From: Candidatus Latescibacterota bacterium
GTDB lineage: Bacteria; Latescibacterota; UBA2968; GCA-2709665
Assembly: GCA_963667175.2 (NCBI GenBank)
Contig: CAXXXF010000011.1
Span: 32,001 to 96,000, forward strand
Direction of reading: 5' to 3'
DNA length: 64,000 bases
The notes below the pieces were generated by a model. It did no database searches and had not been told where the DNA came from. It was given only the letters and a program-made list of their open reading frames with translations. The first letter of the stretch is position 1, and each line of letters opens with the position of its first letter. This document shows positions 58,801 through 64,000 of this stretch, piece after piece. Position numbers and translations under genes: made by a program.

Positions 58801-59065
58801 CGAAACGCACCGTACCCCGGCACCGCTCCGGCAGGTCTTCGTCCACCGCGGCCTGCAGTGCCGGCTTGAGCCGGAACAGCCCCTCCTCCGCGGGCTCCAG
58901 GCGGTCCTTCAATTCCTCGATCCACTCAGGATGGGTGAAATCGCCCGTCCCGACCACGTTCACGCCCTTCAGCGCGGACCACTTGTAGAGATTCTCCGGG
59001 TTCAGTTGACGGCTCGTGGCCCTGGAAAACCGGGAGTGCAGATGTACGTCCGCCACAAATCGCAT
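55820..59065 (-). CDS. PHP/endonuclease Q-like domain fused to a UvrD/Rep helicase
   Basis: DVHLHSRFSRA, GTGDFTHP, NSDAHS, CPECG; AGPGTGKT, VDEFQD, GDPDQAIYGFRG, EERRLLFVGLTRA. Confidence 0.92.
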   Translation of the reverse strand: MRFVADVHLHSRFSRATSRQLNPENLYKWSALKGVNVVGTGDFTHPEWIEELKDRLEPAEEGLFRLKPALQAAVDEDLPERCRGTVRFVLSTEISVIYKKNDRTRKVHHVVLMPGFEAVERLNARLGDIGNLRSDGRPILGLDSRDLVEICMEAADDALFIPAHIWTPHFAVLGASSGFDTLEECFEDMLPAIFAVETGLSSDPPMNWRLSMLDRYAIVSNSDAHSPQKLAREATCFDTELSYRGMYDALKTRDPDRFLGTLEFYPEEGKYHLDGHRKCGICWAPRQSLDADCVCPECGKRLTVGVLHRVEQLADREEGGRPAVAPPYENLIPLPEIIGSVVGVGPTSKRVQGVYDRLLADLGPELGILRHVSPEAIAAAGEPLVAEGVRRMRAGEVEIAAGYDGVYGRIQVFSEEDRARLSRQPALFDLPEKQEAVPPERKEASGGNGEAQGTDGAADPGGLDEAQRSAVFCDSGPVIVEAGPGTGKTRVLTNRLARLILEKEVSPKSILAVTFTNKAAAEMRERVRALLPDETMLDGLTLGTFHAVALDLMRSCGPGQMRQVIDEVEAAQVLAEVLADADADLSVRDARSAISLAKTDPEEEAPKALRDVYEAYQERLCTLGVWDFDDILLEFLALLRKGDEGSDRVRTRFVHVLVDEFQDVNAVQYQLLAALGGDGGGLFVIGDPDQAIYGFRGASPAYFRRLREERPAARTFVLERTYRSTRQVVDAASSVIRSACRLDAVRGEGVAVRMVSVPGETAEGIAVVREISRMIGGADMLQAGEIGGRNSVAGPGDRSLSDFAVLFRTGRQAEAIERCFVEEGLPYRVVGQKGFLSAEPVRHALAFFNYAFRPGERVRLLRALAIPVFYPGNAALDRFLRTDDGMDDSDLPLSIREKVSALNDAASVFRTMAKTESVEALVSAWQEVAAAEEDEDLARLARMAAGFETVRSFLDTLVLGADADYLRIGGATRPRAEAVTLSTLHAAKGLEFPVVIICGVEEGLIPHADADPEEERRLLFVGLTRAMDEAVMLSARSRLRFGERIRPEPSRFLADIPAELLKRERLTAERRARKADQLSLF

Positions 59066-59429
59066 CCTGGTTCCTCTTACGTGACGACGAAAAAAATGAC
59101 GTCAGAAACTACGAAACACGCGAAAAATACGAAAAAACTCAAGAACAAGAACTCACAGGGATGGACAGGATGAAAACCAAAAAGCGCGACAAAGGCACGA
59201 GGAAACGATAAGACGAAAAAACGCGGGAAAACGAGTAACTGCAGTGAGTCGAATCACCATAGACCGCACGCCGTCATTCCGCCCACTCTGAAACCCGACA
59301 TTGTACTGGCCAGCCCGATTCCGGTGGCGGTCGCCGACCTCAAATGTCGTACGAAGGCTTCGCGTCTCTGTCGTATCTGTCGCGTCCGGCCGATCCTGCA
59401 GGCGCGCGGCGACGAGATTCCGCGTATTT

Positions 59430-60026
59430 TCAGGTTTCCATCTGGCGGCGGTCCGATACCCCCTCGTATTTTTCACGCCCCGACGAAACACACTGAAAAA
59501 CCTGAAAACCCTTGATCTCAACCCACATATATATCCTGTGGCAGATATCGCACACCCGAAGCGGATGCTCTTCCGGACTCCTCTCGAAGCGGTAATCCAG
59601 ATCGTCATATCCGCGACGGAGGTGCGCCATCTCGTCGGGGCTGTAGCGTTCTGAAAGCAATGTGATAACAGCCGGAGGCAGGTCCGCCACCGCCTGCCTG
59701 AGTTTCCTTGGATCGACATCCCACGGAATCGACAGTTCATAGCCGCAAGCGCACCACCTGTCGTGCATATCCCAGTCCGACCCAAACCACCACTGGTCAT
59801 AGATTCGCCGGCAGGCCTCGCACAATTCGTACGAAACCTCGGGATCCATACCTTCTTCCCGGATGAGATCGCCGATCTGCGCACGCTCCGCGTCCGGTAA
59901 ATCCCCGATTTTTCGTGTTGGCGAATGGCACCAGGCGCACAGGTGGGAGCCCCTCCGGAGAAACACCATCAACGCGATGACTCCCCCGATCAAAACTGCT
60001 GCGAAAATCAGATACCAGATTATCAT
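59430..60026 (-). CDS. Membrane-anchored Cys-rich (zinc-ribbon-like) hypothetical protein, paralog B
   Basis: N-terminal TM helix; CAWC, CEAC, CACG, CDIC; RIYMW..KGFQVFQ shared with its neighbour. Confidence 0.75.
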   Translation of the reverse strand: MIIWYLIFAAVLIGGVIALMVFLRRGSHLCAWCHSPTRKIGDLPDAERAQIGDLIREEGMDPEVSYELCEACRRIYDQWWFGSDWDMHDRWCACGYELSIPWDVDPRKLRQAVADLPPAVITLLSERYSPDEMAHLRRGYDDLDYRFERSPEEHPLRVCDICHRIYMWVEIKGFQVFQCVSSGREKYEGVSDRRQMET

Positions 60027-60107
60027 TGCAATTGACCCTCGCCGAGCCCGGAGCCCGGCATCAACGCGCTCCCCGGAAAACCGGTAGACATCATTCGCTC
60101 CCCGACA

Positions 60108-60689
60108 TCAGTCGGGCCGATCGTATTTGGCCGTGCAGCCCGATACAACCTGGAATACCTGAAAGCCCTTGACGGGCAACCACATATAGATCCTGAAACA
60201 GTTTCTGCAGACGAACATGATGTGGTCGTTGGACACGGACGAGTACAGACGTTCGTGCAGCCCTTCCTTCCCGTATTTTCGCTCAATATACGCCATGATT
60301 TCCGGTGGAATTCCACGCAACGCGGATTTCAGGGCATCGGTATCGACGATCCAGGCGGGTCGCGACAGGTCGCAGCCACAGGCGCACTGGCGATCGATCA
60401 ACTCCCAGTCCATGCGGTGCGGGCGATTGTCGCTCAACCAGCGCCAGTCGTAAATGCGCTTGCACTTCGGACAGACCTCGTACTTCTCCGGCTCCCCCGG
60501 CATTCCCTCTTCGTGAATCAGCCACCGTACCTTTTCCCCTTCGTCACGCGGCAATAGTTCGATCGGCGCCATCGATCTCATACACCATCGGCATCGACGC
60601 ATCTGGTGCTTCGTCAGAAACACGACGACGATCACCACAGCCATAACGCCAATTGCAAAGATGGCGATTTCTTCGACGGCAACGTCCAT
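60108..60689 (-). CDS. Membrane-anchored Cys-rich (zinc-ribbon-like) hypothetical protein, paralog A
   Basis: N-terminal TM helix; CRWC, CPKC, CACG, CRNC; RIYMW..KGFQVFQ. Confidence 0.75.
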   Translation of the reverse strand: MDVAVEEIAIFAIGVMAVVIVVVFLTKHQMRRCRWCMRSMAPIELLPRDEGEKVRWLIHEEGMPGEPEKYEVCPKCKRIYDWRWLSDNRPHRMDWELIDRQCACGCDLSRPAWIVDTDALKSALRGIPPEIMAYIERKYGKEGLHERLYSSVSNDHIMFVCRNCFRIYMWLPVKGFQVFQVVSGCTAKYDRPD

Positions 60690-61261
60690 GGAGCGTCCGC
60701 TATTGGCAATAACCCGGATTGGATGATTGCAACAGTTGAATCACAGATGCTGAGATCTGGCGACCACCCTTTTCAGAATGGCGTTCTCACACACGGCAAC
60801 AAACGAACTACCATGTCGTCAGGCAGGAAATGTACTGTCCAGTATAGCGTTTCCGGTGACGAAATACAAGCTCCGAGACAATGCCGATACCGGGGAAATT
60901 CAATCAAACTCGACCTGTCCTTCAGCGCGTCACCTGACACAGAATCTCGCTACAATGCGCAAGAAAACGCTTGTCAATAATCAGCAAGAATTGTAAGCTA
61001 TATGACAGTTGCGTCCGGTCTCGGATATTGGTTGCCTGGACGTCTGTGAATCGTCGTCAATGAGTGACACCGATAACGCGTAATTGAGCACGATGCAGTC
61101 GTTCGTACACCATGAATTGTCTCGATTTGACCTCTCGATATTTACGCAGGGAAGACCGAATTTCAACAGACTGTAATGTGCTCGAAGAATGTACGGAGTA
61201 TTCAAGAATAACGATAGTTTGGGCAAAATATCCAACGATGTAACGAGTTCGTAGGAGTAAC

Positions 61262-61741
61262 ATGATAGCGGAGCCCCTTGCAGAACAAATCATGCGAAAG
61301 GTCAAGCAGGCCGATGAGCTCTATTACCGGCTCCTCCTGGTCGTCGGACCCACCGGAACAGGCAAAACCACTGCGTTGCAGAATGTGCAATATCGCACTG
61401 GTGCGCCTCTGGTGAATGTCAACCTCGAGCTTTCTCGCCGGATGCTGGAGTTGACCGAGCGCCAGCGGGGGTTACAGATGCCTCGTCAATTTCAAGAGAT
61501 TGTCAGCAAAGGCGGCAATGAAATGATCCTGCTCGACAACATTGAACTCATCTTTGACGTTGCCCTAAAGCAGGATCCGCTTAGACTGCTCCAGGGACTC
61601 TCACGCAACAGGACCTTCGTGGCCGCGTGGAACGGCGCCATCGTTGAAGGTCTTTTGATCTATGCCGCTCCGGCCCATCAGGAGTACAGACGCTATCCTG
61701 TGCGTGATTTTCTGGTGGCAAGCCCGGAGCCGATGATATGA
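61262..61741 (+). CDS. brxF: BREX type 3 P-loop protein BrxF
   Basis: [42 protein letters not shown]; AGGAG RBS. Confidence 0.88.
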   Translation: MIAEPLAEQIMRKVKQADELYYRLLLVVGPTGTGKTTALQNVQYRTGAPLVNVNLELSRRMLELTERQRGLQMPRQFQEIVSKGGNEMILLDNIELIFDVALKQDPLRLLQGLSRNRTFVAAWNGAIVEGLLIYAAPAHQEYRRYPVRDFLVASPEPMI

Positions 61742-61775
61742 AGACAGCAATTCCCATCGCACGGGAGCAGGCGCT

Positions 61776-64000
61776 ATGAAATACGGGGACCTGATTCAGT
61801 TTGAGCCCATAGAGTCCGTAATCCAATTGCGGGACGCTAACGAAGCGACTGCAGCTCGGCAGCTTGTGGAGACCTACGTCATATCCGGAGAGATGGCTGA
61901 GAAACTGGTGGATGTGGTCATCCCTCAGTTGCAGTTTGAGCAGCCGACCGACAACAAAGGACTTCTGGTCGTCGGCAACTACGGCACGGGCAAGTCCCAC
62001 CTCATGTCGGTGATCTCCGCGCTCGCGGAGAATCAAGGACTTGCATCCAGTCTCAACAATGCCGACGTGGCGGATGCTGCCGAAAAAATCGGTGGACGGT
62101 TCAAGGTGGTCCGCACCGAAATCGGCGCCACCACCATGTCCCTGCGGGACATCCTTGTAGCCGAACTGGAGGAACGTCTTGCAGCGATGGGTGTGAGTTA
62201 CAGTTTCCCCTCTTCCGACCAGGTATCCAACAACAAACGATCGTTCGAAGAGATGATGACCGCTTTCCACGACGAGTTCCCGGACGATGGTCTGCTCCTC
62301 GTGGTGGACGAGTTGCTCGATTACCTGCGCGCTCGCAAAGACCAGGAACTCATCCTGGACCTGAGTTTCCTACGTGAAATCGGCGAGGTCTGCAATGACC
62401 TGCGTTTTCGTTTCATCGCGGGTGTACAGGAAGCCATCTTCGACAGCCCCCGCTTTTCTTTTGTGGCCGACAGTATCCGCCGGGTGAAAGATCGGTTCGA
62501 GCAAGTACTCATCGCCCGAAAAGACGTCAAATTCGTGGTGGCTGAGCGTCTGCTCAAGAAGACCGGGGAGCAACAGGCCAGGATACGCCAGTACCTGACA
62601 AGATTCAGCAAGTTCTACGGCCACATGAACGAGCGGATGGACGAGTTCGTCCGCCTATTCCCTGTACACCCGGATTATATTGAAACGTTTGAACGGGTGA
62701 CGGCCGTAGAGAAACGGGAGGTTCTGAGGACACTCTCACTGGCGATGAAGAAGATGCTCGACCGAGACGTACCAGCCACCCGTCCCGGGCTCATTGCCTA
62801 CGACACCTACTGGTCGAACCTCCGCGAGAATCCATCGTTTCGTGCCGTACCGGACATCAGAGCGGTCATCGACTGCTGCCAGGTGCTGGAGGCCCGGATC
62901 CAGCAAGCCTTCACACGTCCGACCTATCGACCCATGGCGATGCAGGTGATCCATGCTCTTTCGGTACACCGGCTTACAACCGGAGACATCTACGCTACAC
63001 TGGGTGCAACGGCCAGGGAGTTACGTGACGGGCTCTGCCTCTATCAACCGGGAGTGGAAGACCTTGGCGGCGACCCGGCCGACGACCTGCTTTCACAAGT
63101 GGAGACCGTCCTGCAAGCAATCCATAAGACGGTCAGTGGGCAGTTCATTTCATCCAACCCCGATAACCAACAGTACTATCTGGACCTGAATAAGACCGAG
63201 GACTTTGACGCACTGATCGAGAGGCGTGCCGAAAGCCTCGACACGTCCCAATTGGACCGGTTCTACTACGAGGCCCTCAAGAGAGTCATGGAATGCACAG
63301 ATCAAACCTACGTCACCGGGTACAAAATCTGGGAGCACGACCTGGAATGGTTGGAACGGAAGGCCGTGCGGCATGGCTACCTCTTCTTCGGCGCGCCCAA
63401 TGAACGCTCCACCGCCGTACCTCCGCGGGATTTTTACCTGTATTTCATTCCCCCGTTTGATGTACCGCATTTCAAGGACGAAAAGAAACCCGACGAGTTG
63501 TTCCTCCGGTTGACAAGCGCAGACGACGAATTCCGCGCGGCGCTCGGAAACTACGCTGCGGCTCTGGACCTGGCTTCCACTTCATCCGGGCATGCCAAGT
63601 CTATCTACGAGTCCAAGTCGTCGCTTTTTCTGCGGACATTGGTACAGTGGCTTCAAAAGCAAATGGCAGATGCCTTCGAGGTCACCTACCAGGCGCGTGC
63701 CAGGTCGATCACGGAGTGGGCGAAAGGCAAGTCTATTCGAGAACTGTCTGGCATCGGACCTAATGAGCGCCTCAACTTCCGTGACCTGGTCAACGTCATC
63801 GCCGGTGTCTGCCTGGGAGCACACTTCGAAGACATAGCGCCTGAATATCCTTGCTTCTCAGTTCTCGTCACCAGGGAAAACCGGGAACAGGCCGCACAAG
63901 ATGCCCTGCGCGCGATTGCCGGCCAGAACCGCACCAGACAGGCGGTCGCTGTATTGGACGCTCTCGAACTGCTCGACGGCGAACACCTGGATCCGAACAA
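61776..64000 (+). CDS. DUF6079-family ATPase (BrxC/PglY of BREX type 3), partial
   Basis: Absent from the ORF track because it runs off the edge; [45 protein letters not shown]. Confidence 0.88.
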   Translation, partial: MKYGDLIQFEPIESVIQLRDANEATAARQLVETYVISGEMAEKLVDVVIPQLQFEQPTDNKGLLVVGNYGTGKSHLMSVISALAENQGLASSLNNADVADAAEKIGGRFKVVRTEIGATTMSLRDILVAELEERLAAMGVSYSFPSSDQVSNNKRSFEEMMTAFHDEFPDDGLLLVVDELLDYLRARKDQELILDLSFLREIGEVCNDLRFRFIAGVQEAIFDSPRFSFVADSIRRVKDRFEQVLIARKDVKFVVAERLLKKTGEQQARIRQYLTRFSKFYGHMNERMDEFVRLFPVHPDYIETFERVTAVEKREVLRTLSLAMKKMLDRDVPATRPGLIAYDTYWSNLRENPSFRAVPDIRAVIDCCQVLEARIQQAFTRPTYRPMAMQVIHALSVHRLTTGDIYATLGATARELRDGLCLYQPGVEDLGGDPADDLLSQVETVLQAIHKTVSGQFISSNPDNQQYYLDLNKTEDFDALIERRAESLDTSQLDRFYYEALKRVMECTDQTYVTGYKIWEHDLEWLERKAVRHGYLFFGAPNERSTAVPPRDFYLYFIPPFDVPHFKDEKKPDELFLRLTSADDEFRAALGNYAAALDLASTSSGHAKSIYESKSSLFLRTLVQWLQKQMADAFEVTYQARARSITEWAKGKSIRELSGIGPNERLNFRDLVNVIAGVCLGAHFEDIAPEYPCFSVLVTRENREQAAQDALRAIAGQNRTRQAVAVLDALELLDGEHLDPN

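Noticed and set aside
55820-59065. EndoQ-UvrD fusion as a novelty
   Set aside because: An already known bacterial domain architecture.
60606-61305. Short ORFs, tRNA/att site or riboswitch before brxF
   Set aside because: No recognisable motifs, cloverleaf or aptamer consensus by eye; an Infernal/tRNAscan run would be needed to exclude them fully.

Overview
A high-GC bacterial window. The gene content (three PhyH dioxygenases, a DUF6785-type membrane protein, an ankyrin-repeat protein, a sulfatase maturase, many REP-like repeats) resembles sponge-symbiont lineages such as Latescibacterota or Poribacteria; this host assignment is inference. Left (1-11.1 kb) is a decaying anti-phage island on the minus strand: PLD-SNF2 helicase, a remnant type IIG MTase, a RecG-C remnant, a ParA pseudogene, AIPR and a type IIG MTase whose C-terminus is split off. 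The helicase is interrupted by a 1.7 kb element with no terminal inverted repeats, hairpin ends and a 6-bp CTAAGG direct repeat. It encodes one 509-aa protein with Rep_trans-like motifs and a C-terminal winged helix. Two non-autonomous derivatives of this element (11.2 kb, 21.5 kb) carry nested REP-like cargo. This element family is the most novel signal I see. The middle holds metabolic genes, including an N-methylglutamate-type cluster (mgsABC-like, soxBDAG/mgd-like, GMAS-like, plus a second mgsA/mgsB pair) and a sugar/amine catabolic run. The right end has an EndoQ-UvrD fusion, two paralogous membrane-anchored Cys-rich proteins and the start of a BREX type 3 system. No rRNA, tRNA or CRISPR array was recognised.
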